From an uncultured Clostridia bacterium (lineage in GTDB: Bacteria; Bacillota; Clostridia; Christensenellales; Borkfalkiaceae): 64,000 nucleotides of DNA. Every line of letters begins with the position of its first letter. Position 1 is the stretch's first letter. A model generated the notes under the pieces. The model was not told the origin of the DNA and did not search any database. It saw only the letters and a list, made by a program, of their open reading frames with translations. The DNA lies in assembly GCA_944354265.1 (NCBI GenBank), contig CALVPX010000052.1, positions 60,177-124,176 on the forward strand, written 5' to 3'. Made by a program: the position numbers and the translations under genes. Below, piece by piece: positions 37,156-47,066 of this stretch.

Positions 37156-37689
37156 TTAAAAGTTTGGCGGCGTTGAAATCCACAAAAATTTAGCGTTGCT
37201 CTTTCCACAATTGGTTATTCTGTGCGATTTGTCTGCCGTATAATAAAAGGTTTCGCCTTTTTTACAGATGTAATTGTTCTTGCCCAGCTCTATGCGCAGG
37301 CGTCCTTCGAGCACATATCCGAATTCCTCGCCGTCGTGAGGGAAATCGAGCGAAGTGGAGGCTCCCGCCATAAGCTCGACGAGAACGGGTTCCATTTCAT
37401 TTTTCTGCGCGTTGGGTATTATCCATTTCAAAAGCATGCCGTCTTCGCGCTTTTCAATAAAATCGTCGGCGCCGAAAACTACGCGTGCGTCGTCTTCCTT
37501 TTTAAAGAATTCGGCCAAGTCGGTACCGAGCGCTGAAAGAATATCTTTGAGCGTGGCGATGGACGGCGAGGTCACGTCGTTTTCAAGCTGCGAAATATAT
37601 CCCTTCGTCAGTTCGCACCTGTCGGCAAGCTCTGCCTGCGACAGGTTAAGCTGCAGTCTGAGACGCTTTATCTTTGCGCCTATATCCAT
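37156..37689 (-). CDS. XRE family transcriptional regulator with C-terminal cupin domain (PuuR-like)
   Basis: N-terminal HTH IKRLRLQLNLSQAELADRCELTKGYISQLEN and a cupin motif region ...FGYVLEGRL...GETFYY...HRI. Confidence 0.85.
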   Translation of the reverse strand: MDIGAKIKRLRLQLNLSQAELADRCELTKGYISQLENDVTSPSIATLKDILSALGTDLAEFFKKEDDARVVFGADDFIEKREDGMLLKWIIPNAQKNEMEPVLVELMAGASTSLDFPHDGEEFGYVLEGRLRIELGKNNYICKKGETFYYTADKSHRITNCGKSNAKFLWISTPPNF

Positions 37690-37707
37690 ATATTATATGC
37701 TCCTTAC

Positions 37708-37726
37708 AGTAAACCCAAAGTTTACT
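37708..37726. promoter_or_regulatory. palindromic candidate operator just upstream of the PuuR-like gene
   Basis: Perfect 7-bp inverted repeat AGTAAAC-N5-GTTTACT between the RBS and the promoter region. A further GTTTAC half-site lies nearby. Confidence 0.45.
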
Positions 37727-38010
37727 TTCTCTAAACGGTTAGCAATTGTAAACAAAAAGTTTAGTAAAAACTAACCGAGTAAGATTATATAAATCTTTTG
37801 TCTGCCTGTCAATTTGTTTGATGAAAAATTTTAAATATGTATTAAATGATAATTTTTTTCACAAAATTTTCGCAAAATGTAAACAATTACCATATTATTT
37901 TAATTAAAGCATATATAGATGACGCACGCGCGTGCGCATATAAAAAAAGCAGCTGTCCCGTAGGCAGAGGGATAGCTGCTTTAAAGCGTTTATCAAATGT
38001 GCACGAAATT

Positions 38011-38035
38011 AAGGCGGACGATTGCCGTCCGCCTT
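38011..38035 (-). terminator. terminator after rpsT
   Basis: AAGGCGGACG-ATTG-CGTCCGCCTT-type hairpin 20 nt past the stop. A second hairpin with a T7 tail lies at 37946-37984. Confidence 0.75.
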
Positions 38036-38055
38036 TAATAAATTGTCATTCAATT

Positions 38056-38319
38056 TTAAGCCATTGCGTTAAGTTTCTTTGCCAGACCCGACTTTTTGTT
38101 TGCGGCCGTGTTTTTCTTGTAAACGCCCTTGCTCACTGCGCCGTCGATGAGTGAGCATACGCCGGGGAACATTTCGGTTGCAGAAGCTTTATCGCCGGAA
38201 TCGACCGCTGCAAGGAACTTTTTAATTGCAGTTTTAACTTCAGATTTAATCATTTTATTCTGAGCGGTCTTCTTTTCGATAACCAATGTACGCTTCTTTG
38301 CGGATTTAATATTAGGCAC
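38056..38319 (-). CDS. rpsT: 30S ribosomal protein S20
   Basis: [10 protein letters not shown]... canonical S20 N-terminus, 87 aa. GTG start with a GGAGAG RBS. Confidence 0.95.
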   Translation of the reverse strand: MPNIKSAKKRTLVIEKKTAQNKMIKSEVKTAIKKFLAAVDSGDKASATEMFPGVCSLIDGAVSKGVYKKNTAANKKSGLAKKLNAMA

Positions 38320-38464
38320 GTTTCGTCTCTCCTTTTGGAAAAAAATTATATTTCAACTTAAATCTTGAGTAATTTTATCATAAAATAAAGCTCTTGTAAA
38401 CTGTTTTTGCACGCTTTTAAAATTTTTTTAATATTATTTTTGGCTGAAAAATATTAATAATTAT

Positions 38465-39214
38465 ATGTGTGCTTTAAACGACGTAAATCGCCCCGTATGC
38501 GTGTTTGACAGTGGAATAGGAGGGCTGAATTTGTTGTATGCCTGCGCAAAAATGTGTCCCGAAATAAACTTCATGTACTTTGCCGACAATTACAACGTGC
38601 CGTACGGCAGCCTCTCAGAAAAAAGGGTAAAAGCCCTCGTGCACGATATTTTTGACGAGATAGCGTCGTATAATCCGCTCGCCGTGGTGGTCGCCTGCAA
38701 TACCGTTACGGCGCTGTGTATTTCGGATCTGAGGGCAAGGTATAACTTTCCCATACTCGGTATTCAACCGGCGATTAAACAGGCCGTCAGGACGGCGGGG
38801 GATTGCCTTGTTTTGGCCACGCCCGCCACGGTCTCAAGTCCGTCATTTAAGGCGCTGTGCAATGCCTACGGGCAGGGAAGGGTAAAGGCGGTGGCCTGCC
38901 CGTCGCTCGCTTCGTATATTGAGGACAATATTTTTGACTATCCCGATATAAAAATATCGGGGCTGCTGCCTGCGGCGTCCCCGTCGAGCGTGGTGCTCGG
39001 CTGCACGCACTATGTGTTTGCGGCTAAGTCCATTTCTGAAGCGTATTCTTGCGCCACTTTTGATGGAATTTTAGGGACGGCTGACCACCTCAGAAAAATT
39101 TTAAAAAATTTGCAGTGTTTTAGCGTAAAAAAACGAATAATTCAATTTAAAAGGGGAGATAATGCCAAAAATCAAAAAATATTCAACATGTTGTTGAGTA
39201 ATTTAAACAAATAG
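38465..39214 (+). CDS. murI: glutamate racemase
   Basis: FDSGIGGL, the catalytic Cys motifs ACNT and GCTHY. Confidence 0.9.
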   Translation: MCALNDVNRPVCVFDSGIGGLNLLYACAKMCPEINFMYFADNYNVPYGSLSEKRVKALVHDIFDEIASYNPLAVVVACNTVTALCISDLRARYNFPILGIQPAIKQAVRTAGDCLVLATPATVSSPSFKALCNAYGQGRVKAVACPSLASYIEDNIFDYPDIKISGLLPAASPSSVVLGCTHYVFAAKSISEAYSCATFDGILGTADHLRKILKNLQCFSVKKRIIQFKRGDNAKNQKIFNMLLSNLNK

Positions 39215-39281
39215 AATTTGGTTAAAATTCTCAATTAATTAAAATTTTTTTAATTTTTTAGAAAAAAATTGCTTAAGGTGG

Positions 39282-39310
39282 TTGACAGTGGTCAAAGTAT
39301 ATGATATGAT
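39282..39310 (+). promoter_or_regulatory. dcw cluster promoter (P-mra-like) with GTGG repeats
   Basis: TTGACA (39282-39287), a 17-nt spacer, then TATGAT (39305-39310). GGTGG and GTGG motifs flank the -35 box, as expected for MraZ autoregulation sites. Confidence 0.55.
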
Positions 39311-39342
39311 TAAATTACTTAAGTTTAAAAGGGTACTTTGTC

Positions 39343-39780
39343 ATGGCAATGTTTACGGGTGAGTACTTCCACCAGTTGGATGCAAAAAACCGAATACGCA
39401 TTCCCGCAAGATTGAAAAAGGATCTTGGCGATGAGTATTACTTTGCCTTCGGCACAAATCATTGCATTTTTGTCTTCACGAAAGATAAAATGGAACAGTA
39501 CCTTGAAGAACTCGGGGCAACTAAAATTTCTGACCTTGAAGCACAGAAGCGCGTCAGGATGTTCGCCAGAACGTGTGTACAGGTAGATGAGGACAATCAG
39601 GGAAGAATAGTTTTAAGTCCGGAATTCAGGCGCCATGCGCAGCTTGGCAAGGACGATAAGGACTTGGTTATCTGCGGTGCGGTAAACAGGATCGAAATAT
39701 GGAATAAGCGTATCTACGACGAATATACCGCAGACATGGAAACCGATTACGACCAGTTGTTCTCGCAGCTTGGCATTTAA
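39343..39780 (+). CDS. mraZ: division/cell wall cluster transcriptional regulator MraZ
   Basis: MFTGEY.HQLDAKNRIRIPA and a second SpoVT-AbrB repeat with DNQGRIVLS. Length is 145 aa. Confidence 0.95.
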   Translation: MAMFTGEYFHQLDAKNRIRIPARLKKDLGDEYYFAFGTNHCIFVFTKDKMEQYLEELGATKISDLEAQKRVRMFARTCVQVDEDNQGRIVLSPEFRRHAQLGKDDKDLVICGAVNRIEIWNKRIYDEYTADMETDYDQLFSQLGI

Positions 39781-39781
39781 A

Positions 39782-40720
39782 ATGGCTGTTTTTTCACATA
39801 TTCCCGTAATGCTCGAAGAGTGCATGGAGGGATTGCGTATCCGCGACGGAGGCATATATTTCGACGGAACGGTAGGCGGTGGAAATCATTCCTATGAAAT
39901 CTTAAAGAGATCATCCCCGACGGGCAGGCTGATTGCAACCGACCTCGACGATGACGCGATCGAGGCGGCGACAAAAAAACTCAGTCAATTTAAGGGCCGG
40001 TTTGTTATTTACAAATCAAACTATAAAGACTTTGAGCAGGTATTTGCAAGCGCGGGTGTCGATATGCTTGATGGTATATTGTTGGACTTTGGAGTGTCCA
40101 GTTACCAGCTCGATACCGAAGAACGCGGCTTTGCGTATATGAAAAAAGATGCTCCGCTCGATATGAGAATGGACAGGTCGAACCCGCTGACGGCCGAAAT
40201 CATTCTCAACACATTTACTCAGCAGGAAATTGCAAAAATTCTTCGCGTCTACGGCGAAGAGAGGTTTTCCTCCCAAATTGCCTCAAATGTTGTCGCACAA
40301 CGATCGAAAACCCCGATCAGGACATGCGGGCAATTCGTAGAAATAATAGAAAGCAGCATACCTAAAAAGTTTCAGCAAAACGGGCCCGCAGCCCGCAAGA
40401 GCTTTCAGGCTATAAGGATTGCTGTCAACGGAGAACTTGACGGGCTTTACGAATGCGTCATAGGCCTTACCCGGAGGCTTAAAAGCGGTGGAAGGATAGC
40501 AATTCTTACTTTCCATTCGCTTGAGGACAGAATAGTAAAACACGCCTTTCAGGAACTCGAAACAGATTGTATTTGCCCAAAAACGCTTCCCGTTTGCGTG
40601 TGCGGCAAAAAAAAGGAAATTGAGATTATAACAAAAAAACCCGTGGTCGCCACGCTGAAGGAAATGGCGATAAACCCGCGTTCAAAGAGCGCGAAGTTGC
40701 GCATAGCGCAAAAAATTTAA
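39782..40720 (+). CDS. rsmH: 16S rRNA (cytosine1402-N4)-methyltransferase
   Basis: HIPVML.E, DGTVGGGNHS, DFGVSS.QLD and FHSLEDR motifs. ATG at 39782 is preferred to the TTG at 39770. Confidence 0.95.
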   Translation: MAVFSHIPVMLEECMEGLRIRDGGIYFDGTVGGGNHSYEILKRSSPTGRLIATDLDDDAIEAATKKLSQFKGRFVIYKSNYKDFEQVFASAGVDMLDGILLDFGVSSYQLDTEERGFAYMKKDAPLDMRMDRSNPLTAEIILNTFTQQEIAKILRVYGEERFSSQIASNVVAQRSKTPIRTCGQFVEIIESSIPKKFQQNGPAARKSFQAIRIAVNGELDGLYECVIGLTRRLKSGGRIAILTFHSLEDRIVKHAFQELETDCICPKTLPVCVCGKKKEIEIITKKPVVATLKEMAINPRSKSAKLRIAQKI

Positions 40721-40746
40721 GAATAAGCGATAAGGAGTGAAAGAAT

Positions 40747-41556
40747 ATGGCAGTCGCAACCCCCGTACTCGAAAGACAAACTTTGCAACAGCAGTCTGCT
40801 GTGTCTTCTGATGAATTACATAACGCTCAGATCAAAGAAAATTACAGAAGATTGATGGATCCCAGCCTCGACGGCAACGGAGCCAAAGGGGTTAATGCTG
40901 CCGTCAGCAAGGAGCAGGCAATAGAGGATTTGCGCGCAAGCATTTTGCGCCATCCCAAGCCCGTTCAGCAGCCTGTCGTTCAGGAACCCGTAAGGCAGCA
41001 GTATGCTCAGCCCGTACAGCCCATACAGCCCGTACAGGTAGTTGATGCCGTACAGTCTGTTCAGCCTGTACAGCCCGTTCAACCTGCGCAGCCTTATCTC
41101 GTGACCAATGCGCGCGCTGATTCTGAAATATTCCGTGCAGACAGCCCCATAAATCAGCGCAGGGCTGCTATCGCAGAGGCTCCCGAGGCAGTCATAGAGG
41201 ATGATGACAATGAAGACCTTCGTCCTACGATGACGACCATTCAATATAAGAATATGAGCGAAAGCGAAAAGCGCGATGTGAGGGCAATGGCTGCCGAACA
41301 GCGCAACAAGCATGTGCTTGAAAAGCGCGACAAAATTATAATTGCTGCGTTCATAAGCGTAGTGGTGGCTTTGTTTGTCCTTGTCATCGTCAATTCCGCA
41401 GTTATTGCCGGTCTCAACAGTGAACTCAGCGTAATGCAGAACAATCTCGCCGTTGCAAGTCAGGCGCTCGATAACGTAAATTCGCAGATCTCCAACATCA
41501 CAAGTTTGGAAAATATAGCTCTCTATGCTCAGGCAAACGGCTTGATATTGCCGTAA
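40747..41556 (+). CDS. FtsL-like cell division protein with long Q/P/V-rich N-terminal extension
   Basis: It occupies the position between rsmH and the division PBP. A single TM helix (IIIAAFISVVVALFVLVIV) is followed by a short coiled-coil-like ectodomain. The N-terminal 200 aa are low complexity with QPV repeats. Confidence 0.6.
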   Translation: MAVATPVLERQTLQQQSAVSSDELHNAQIKENYRRLMDPSLDGNGAKGVNAAVSKEQAIEDLRASILRHPKPVQQPVVQEPVRQQYAQPVQPIQPVQVVDAVQSVQPVQPVQPAQPYLVTNARADSEIFRADSPINQRRAAIAEAPEAVIEDDDNEDLRPTMTTIQYKNMSESEKRDVRAMAAEQRNKHVLEKRDKIIIAAFISVVVALFVLVIVNSAVIAGLNSELSVMQNNLAVASQALDNVNSQISNITSLENIALYAQANGLILP

Positions 41557-41613
41557 GGAGTAAAAAAAATTAAAAAATCGAAATTATCTTTAACGGTTTT
41601 ACAAAAGAGGTTA

Positions 41614-43308
41614 TTGTCAGTAACATTGGCAATAACCTTTATTTTTTTCATAATACTTGCTCGCTTCTTCTATATTCAAGTAATTTGGGGGGAGGAGCTT
41701 GTAATGCGCGCAGTCGATCAGTGGAACAGGGAAATTCCCGTCGTGGCGGCGCGCGGGGGCATCTATGACCGCAACGGCCAGCAACTCGCCGGCAACCTGA
41801 CAACTTACAGCGTTTTTATCCGTCCAAATGCGGTGCAAGACAAGGAGTATGCCGCGCAGATTCTTGCTGCGCTTTTTAATGTCAGCGAGAGTACTTTGCT
41901 AGACAAACTTCAAGAGGGCAACGTGTCTGAAATTACAGTTGCCCGGCAGGTTGATGAGTCGCTCATTCAAAAACTCATTTCGTATAATCTTTCAGGGGTG
42001 TACTATGCCAGAGATAATACCCGCGTCTACGCCTATGGCGACGTGCTCTGTCAGGTGCTCGGCTTCATTTCAAGCGACGGCCTCGGTCTTTCAGGCATGG
42101 AAAAAACTTACGACAACATTCTTCGCGGCACCGACGGCGAAATAATGTACACTACCGATATAGTGGGAAATGAAACGCAAAACACGCGCATCGTGTACCG
42201 CGGCGCCACCGACGGAGATAATATCAGGCTGACCATCGACCTTGAAATTCAGCTTGCCGCAGAGCAGGCCATGCGCGAGGTTTATGAATCGAGCAATGCG
42301 CAGAGGGTGTCCTGCATAGTGCTCGACCCGAATAACTTCGACATTCTTGCCATGGTAAATTATCCGTCGTACGACCTCAACGATGTCCCGCGCGATGACA
42401 GTCAGGCTCTCAATTCGCTTTCTCGCAATTCAATCGTGTGCGACATTTACGAGCCGGGTTCAACCTTTAAGGTGCTTACTGCCGCCGCGGATCTGCAGGA
42501 GTACATCAACGGCAATACATCGGCATTTTCTCCCTCATACATATTCAACGGCAGCCGCACGCGCTCGGTTGACGGCACCACGATAAGGTGTTGGTCGGAC
42601 CACGCAAACGGCAAGCACTCCAATCAGACTCTCGCCGAAGCTCTCAACAACAGCTGCAACCCCTGTTTTACGGATATCGCCCTCGCGCTCGGAACAGATA
42701 CATTCTATGACTATCTCAATTGTTTTGGGTTGGGCAATGTGACGGGTATAGATTTTTCAGGCGAGGCGTTGGGAATGCTTGTGCCGCAGTCGCTCGTCCG
42801 CGATTGTGATTTGGCGAGGATCGGCTTCGGTCAGACGGTGGCGGTCACGGGCTTGCAGCTCGCTTGCGCCGTAGCTTCTGCCGTAAACGGCGGAAATTAC
42901 TATATACCACGTCTTTTAAAGAGCGTCGTTTCGGCAGACGGAACCGTAGTCGAAGAAAATCAGCCAATACTTAAAAATACTACGATAAGCGCCGAAGCTT
43001 CGGATCTGTTATGCAGCATGCTCGAAGGCGTCGTCAAAGAGGGCAGCGGCAAACGCGCCTATATTGAGGGATACCGCGTCGCGGGCAAGACGGGTACTGC
43101 ACAAAAGTATGAAAACGGTGCTGTTGCGGCGGGAAAATACGTCTCATCCTTTGTCGGCTTTTTCCCTGCAAACGATCCGCAATACCTCGCGCTCGTCATT
43201 GTCGATGAGCCTGAAGGTTCGTACTACGGCAGCGCCGTTGCGGCTCCCGTGGCAAAAACTATATTCGAAGATATTATCGCCATAAAAAATATTAAACCGT
43301 TTGAATGA
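41614..43308 (+). CDS. ftsI: penicillin-binding protein 2B/FtsI/SpoVD-type transpeptidase; true start probably upstream
   Basis: PBP dimerisation domain then transpeptidase motifs STFK, SNN-like (SCNP) and KTGT. The TTG track start leaves no basic cytoplasmic tail (see findings). Confidence 0.85.
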   Translation: MSVTLAITFIFFIILARFFYIQVIWGEELVMRAVDQWNREIPVVAARGGIYDRNGQQLAGNLTTYSVFIRPNAVQDKEYAAQILAALFNVSESTLLDKLQEGNVSEITVARQVDESLIQKLISYNLSGVYYARDNTRVYAYGDVLCQVLGFISSDGLGLSGMEKTYDNILRGTDGEIMYTTDIVGNETQNTRIVYRGATDGDNIRLTIDLEIQLAAEQAMREVYESSNAQRVSCIVLDPNNFDILAMVNYPSYDLNDVPRDDSQALNSLSRNSIVCDIYEPGSTFKVLTAAADLQEYINGNTSAFSPSYIFNGSRTRSVDGTTIRCWSDHANGKHSNQTLAEALNNSCNPCFTDIALALGTDTFYDYLNCFGLGNVTGIDFSGEALGMLVPQSLVRDCDLARIGFGQTVAVTGLQLACAVASAVNGGNYYIPRLLKSVVSADGTVVEENQPILKNTTISAEASDLLCSMLEGVVKEGSGKRAYIEGYRVAGKTGTAQKYENGAVAAGKYVSSFVGFFPANDPQYLALVIVDEPEGSYYGSAVAAPVAKTIFEDIIAIKNIKPFE

Positions 43309-43318
43309 GAAGGGTGTT

Positions 43319-44764
43319 ATGAAACTTGTTCAGCTTTTAAAAGATGTAAGATACAAGGAAATTATTGGCAATGCCGAGGTGGAAGTTACGGGTGTATGCG
43401 CGGATAGCCGCATCTTGAACAGGGGAGAAGTGTTCGTGTGTTACACGGGCGGAAATGTCGATTCGCACATCTATGCTGCTGAGGCATTTGAAAGGGGCGC
43501 TGCCGCTATAGTGTGTCAGCGTCGGCTCGATCTGCCGCTGACGCAGGTTATAGTCGAGGACGGCAGGGCGGCCATGGCGCCTCTGTCGCGCGCGTTTTAC
43601 GGTTATGCAGATAAAAAGCTAAGCATAATCGGCGTTACCGGCACCAACGGCAAGACGACTACGACATATATGTTGAAATCTATCTTCGACGCGGGCGGAT
43701 ATAAAACCGCGGTGATAGGTACTCTCGGTGTCGCGTACGGCGACAAATTTATCTCGCCCGAATTGACCACCCCCGATCCCATATTTCTCCATTCTGTCTT
43801 TGCCGATATGGTGCAGTGCGGCGTGAAATATGTGTTTATGGAGGTTTCAGCACATGCCCTCTACTACGGCAAGGTAGACGGTTTGCATTTTGCTGCCGCG
43901 GTATTTACCAACCTGACGCAGGACCATCTCGATTTCTTCGGTGACATGCGTTCTTACGCCGAAGCAAAGAAAAAATTATTTCAAAAGGACAGATGCGATA
44001 TTGCAATCGTAAACTCTGACGACGCGTTTTCTGCCGAAATCATTATATGCGGCTGCAAAGTGCTGAGTTACGGCCTTGAAAATCCCGCCGACACTTTTGC
44101 AATAGATCTGAGCGAAAGCATCGACGGTTCGGACTTTGTCATTAACTTAAGCGATGAGCTGTACGACATTCATCTCAACATGCCTGCAATACATAACGTC
44201 TATAATGCGCTTGCCGCGGCGACCTGTGCCCATGCTCTCGGAGTTAACATCGATACGATCGCCCGCGGCTTGGCGGCGCTGAAGGGTGTAAACGGCAGGC
44301 TTGAAAAAGTGGCTGAATATAACGGTGGGCGCATATTTGTAGATTTTGCCCACACGCCGGACGGCCTCGAAAAATCGCTGTCGGGACTGCGCAAATTGTG
44401 CGATGGTAAGCTCTATTGCCTGTTCGGCTGCGGCGGCAACCGCGATTCGTCAAAGCGGCCGCTAATGGGCGAGGCTGCCGCAAAAAATTCAGACTTCTTA
44501 ATCGTCACTTCGGATAATCCCCGCTTTGAGGACACATATGACATAATCAGTCAGATAGAGCCGGGCATACAGAAAGTGGGCACGCCCTATGTGACTATAA
44601 GCGACAGGGAGATGGCTACCGAGTACGCAATCAATCTGCTGCAAAAGGGCGATATCTTACTCGTTGCCGGCAAGGGAGGGGAAACCTATCAGGAGATAAT
44701 GGGTATAAAACACAGCTATAATGACAATACGATAATCAAAAAAATATTAGGCAGTTTGGTGTGA
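43319..44764 (+). CDS. murE: UDP-N-acetylmuramoyl-L-alanyl-D-glutamate--2,6-diaminopimelate ligase
   Basis: GVTGTNGKTTT P-loop. The DNPR motif (TSDNPRFED) indicates meso-DAP specificity. Confidence 0.9.
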   Translation: MKLVQLLKDVRYKEIIGNAEVEVTGVCADSRILNRGEVFVCYTGGNVDSHIYAAEAFERGAAAIVCQRRLDLPLTQVIVEDGRAAMAPLSRAFYGYADKKLSIIGVTGTNGKTTTTYMLKSIFDAGGYKTAVIGTLGVAYGDKFISPELTTPDPIFLHSVFADMVQCGVKYVFMEVSAHALYYGKVDGLHFAAAVFTNLTQDHLDFFGDMRSYAEAKKKLFQKDRCDIAIVNSDDAFSAEIIICGCKVLSYGLENPADTFAIDLSESIDGSDFVINLSDELYDIHLNMPAIHNVYNALAAATCAHALGVNIDTIARGLAALKGVNGRLEKVAEYNGGRIFVDFAHTPDGLEKSLSGLRKLCDGKLYCLFGCGGNRDSSKRPLMGEAAAKNSDFLIVTSDNPRFEDTYDIISQIEPGIQKVGTPYVTISDREMATEYAINLLQKGDILLVAGKGGETYQEIMGIKHSYNDNTIIKKILGSLV

Positions 44765-44768
44765 TATA

Positions 44769-45710
44769 TTGATATATCTTGTCTGCGTCCTTGCTTCTTT
44801 TGCCGTGTCGCTCGTGTTAACCGCGGCGCTGCTGCCATTGCTTAAAAAGTTCAAAGCGGGGCAGTATATTCTTTCATATGTAAAACAGCATGCTTCAAAG
44901 AGCGGGACCCCCACAATGGGCGGTCTCGCCTTTGTGGCGGCGATAATTATTGTGTCGTTTTGCTTTTGCGGATTTTCGGACAACAAAATCAATCTCACTC
45001 TGTCGGTTACGGCCGGATTCGCGGTGGTGGGGTTCCTTGATGATTTCCTCAAAATTTACCGCAAGGAAAACGAGGGGCTGAAGCCCTATCAGAAGATAAT
45101 ATTTCAGCTTGCAATAGCGACAATTGCCGCGGTTTATTGCTATGTGAATAGTATTACGTCTGTCATAATACCCTTTGGCGGCGGGTTGAGCGTAGATATC
45201 GGTTGGGCAATTATCCCCTTGGTGCTGTTTGTGTTCATTGCCACGGTCAATTGCGTCAATTTAACCGACGGGCTCGACGGCCTTGCGGGGTCAACTTCAT
45301 TGGCGTATCTCGCCGTACTCGGCGTGATGCTCGCGCTGACGGGGGCGGGCGGACAAACGGTAGCGTTTTCCGCCGTGGGCGCGCTCGCTGCCTTTCTGAT
45401 TTTTAACTGCAGCAAGGCCTGTGTTTTTATGGGTGATACGGGTTCTCTCGCGCTCGGCGGGCTTATATCATGCCTGTCCGTTTTTTCCGGCAATGTGCTT
45501 TATATACCTGTGCTCGGCATAATGTTTGTTGTGTCAGGCATATCCGTCATCGTTCAAGTAATATATTATAAAAGGACGAAGCGCAGGGTATTTTTGATGG
45601 CTCCAATACATCATCACTTTCAGATGAAAGGGTTTTCAGAGAGCAAAATATCTTATGTATATTTTTTAATAACCTCGCTCGTCGGAATGTTTTGTCTGAT
45701 ATTTGTGTGA
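44769..45710 (+). CDS. mraY: phospho-N-acetylmuramoyl-pentapeptide-transferase
   Basis: 10-TM protein with the TPTMGG, DDF.K, NLTDGLDGLA and APIHHHF motifs. TTG start. Confidence 0.95.
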   Translation: MIYLVCVLASFAVSLVLTAALLPLLKKFKAGQYILSYVKQHASKSGTPTMGGLAFVAAIIIVSFCFCGFSDNKINLTLSVTAGFAVVGFLDDFLKIYRKENEGLKPYQKIIFQLAIATIAAVYCYVNSITSVIIPFGGGLSVDIGWAIIPLVLFVFIATVNCVNLTDGLDGLAGSTSLAYLAVLGVMLALTGAGGQTVAFSAVGALAAFLIFNCSKACVFMGDTGSLALGGLISCLSVFSGNVLYIPVLGIMFVVSGISVIVQVIYYKRTKRRVFLMAPIHHHFQMKGFSESKISYVYFLITSLVGMFCLIFV

Positions 45711-45716
45711 GGTAAA

Positions 45717-47066
45717 ATGTATTTTAAAGGTCAAAAGTTTCTTGTTGCGGGCATTTCGAGATCGGGGGAGAGCAGTGCCCGCTTTTTGCTTGCCCGCGGA
45801 GCCGCTGTCTATCTCTATGACGACGTTATAGCCGATAACGTCAGAAAAATAATAGACGAACTTGTCGGGCTCGGCGCGGTGGAGGTGACGGCGCAGAATT
45901 TTGAAGATTGCGTTCAGCTCTGCGATATTCTCATTCTCAGTCCGGGTATTCCCATAGACAATGCTCTGCCCGTGTCTTTCAGGCGCATGGGCAAACTTAT
46001 AATAGGCGAGGAGGAGCTTGCGGCACAGTATCTCCGTGCTACAGCGATTGCCGTCACGGGTACCAACGGCAAGACGACCACCGTTTCTATGATAAACAAA
46101 ATGCTGACCGATTGCGGTAAGAACAGCGTCGCATGCGGTAACATAGGCGAACCCACTCTCAATGTGGTTGAAAAACTTGGCTTTGACGATTTTGCCGTAA
46201 TCGAAATTTCTTCCTTTCAGCTTGAAACGCTTTCGGGTCTGCGCCCACACATAGCGGTAATAACAAACATTACCGAAGACCATCTCGACCGTCACTACAA
46301 CATGGAAAATTACATTTTTCTCAAGAGCAAGCTCGTTCGCAATCTGCGCCAAAGTGAATATGCGGTGCTCAATTACGATGATGAAAGGGTGCGCTCTTTC
46401 TCGTCGCTGACGAAGGCAAGAGTTGTCTATTTTTCGGCAAAACACAAAACTGAAGGTGTATATATCGATGACGGCACAGTCTGCTATGCGGGGCAAAAAT
46501 TTTTTTCTGTAGACGACATGTCGCTCGGCGGAGAGCACAATCTGTATAACGCTCTTGCCTGTGTCGCCGTGGCGGCCATTCTTGGGCTTGACCGCGACGA
46601 AATTACCAAGTCTGTGTGCTCGTTCAAAGGCGTAAAGCACAGGATAGAAAAGGTGGGGAGCTGCAACGGAGTAACTTACATAAACGACAGCAAGGGCACA
46701 AACGTCGATGCGACCCTAAAAGCGGTGGAGAGCATGCCTGCGCCCACGGTTCTGCTTCTCGGCGGGAAGGATAAGGGATACGATTACGAGCCGCTGTTCG
46801 AAGGGTTGAAGCAGAGCAGGGTTATACATGTAGTCATGTACGGTGAAAACCGCTATAAATTGCTGAGTGCTGCGCTTGAGTTCGGATTTTTTTCCTTTTC
46901 CTTGTGTCAGCGGATGAACGAGGCGGTCATGCTCGCCAAATGTTATGCCCGCAGCGGGCAGTGCGTTTTGCTCAGCCCTGCAAGTTCAAGCTTCGACGAG
47001 TTTAAGAATTATGAGGAGCGCGGCGAGCAATTTGAACGCATAGTAAAAGGTTTTTCCGATGAATAA
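45717..47066 (+). CDS. murD: UDP-N-acetylmuramoylalanine--D-glutamate ligase
   Basis: N-terminal Rossmann-like G.S.SG, the VTGTNGKTTT P-loop and C-terminal DSKGTN. Confidence 0.95.
   Translation: MYFKGQKFLVAGISRSGESSARFLLARGAAVYLYDDVIADNVRKIIDELVGLGAVEVTAQNFEDCVQLCDILILSPGIPIDNALPVSFRRMGKLIIGEEELAAQYLRATAIAVTGTNGKTTTVSMINKMLTDCGKNSVACGNIGEPTLNVVEKLGFDDFAVIEISSFQLETLSGLRPHIAVITNITEDHLDRHYNMENYIFLKSKLVRNLRQSEYAVLNYDDERVRSFSSLTKARVVYFSAKHKTEGVYIDDGTVCYAGQKFFSVDDMSLGGEHNLYNALACVAVAAILGLDRDEITKSVCSFKGVKHRIEKVGSCNGVTYINDSKGTNVDATLKAVESMPAPTVLLLGGKDKGYDYEPLFEGLKQSRVIHVVMYGENRYKLLSAALEFGFFSFSLCQRMNEAVMLAKCYARSGQCVLLSPASSSFDEFKNYEERGEQFERIVKGFSDE

Noticed and set aside
37846-38154. 102-aa plus-strand ORF between the PuuR-like gene and rpsT.
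   Set aside because: It overlaps the rpsT coding region and two terminator hairpins, is AT-rich with no RBS, and has no recognisable family.
45666-46640. 324-aa ORF on the minus strand inside murD. Similar long antisense ORFs occur at 36064-37176 (potA), 13277-14083 (ilvA), 59833-60528 (ftsK), 51900-52616 (ftsZ) and 6563-7234 (argS).
   Set aside because: Each lies fully antisense to a gene with unmistakable conserved motifs. They have no RBS or recognisable domains, and their composition mirrors the codon bias of the sense gene. These are typical shadow ORFs.
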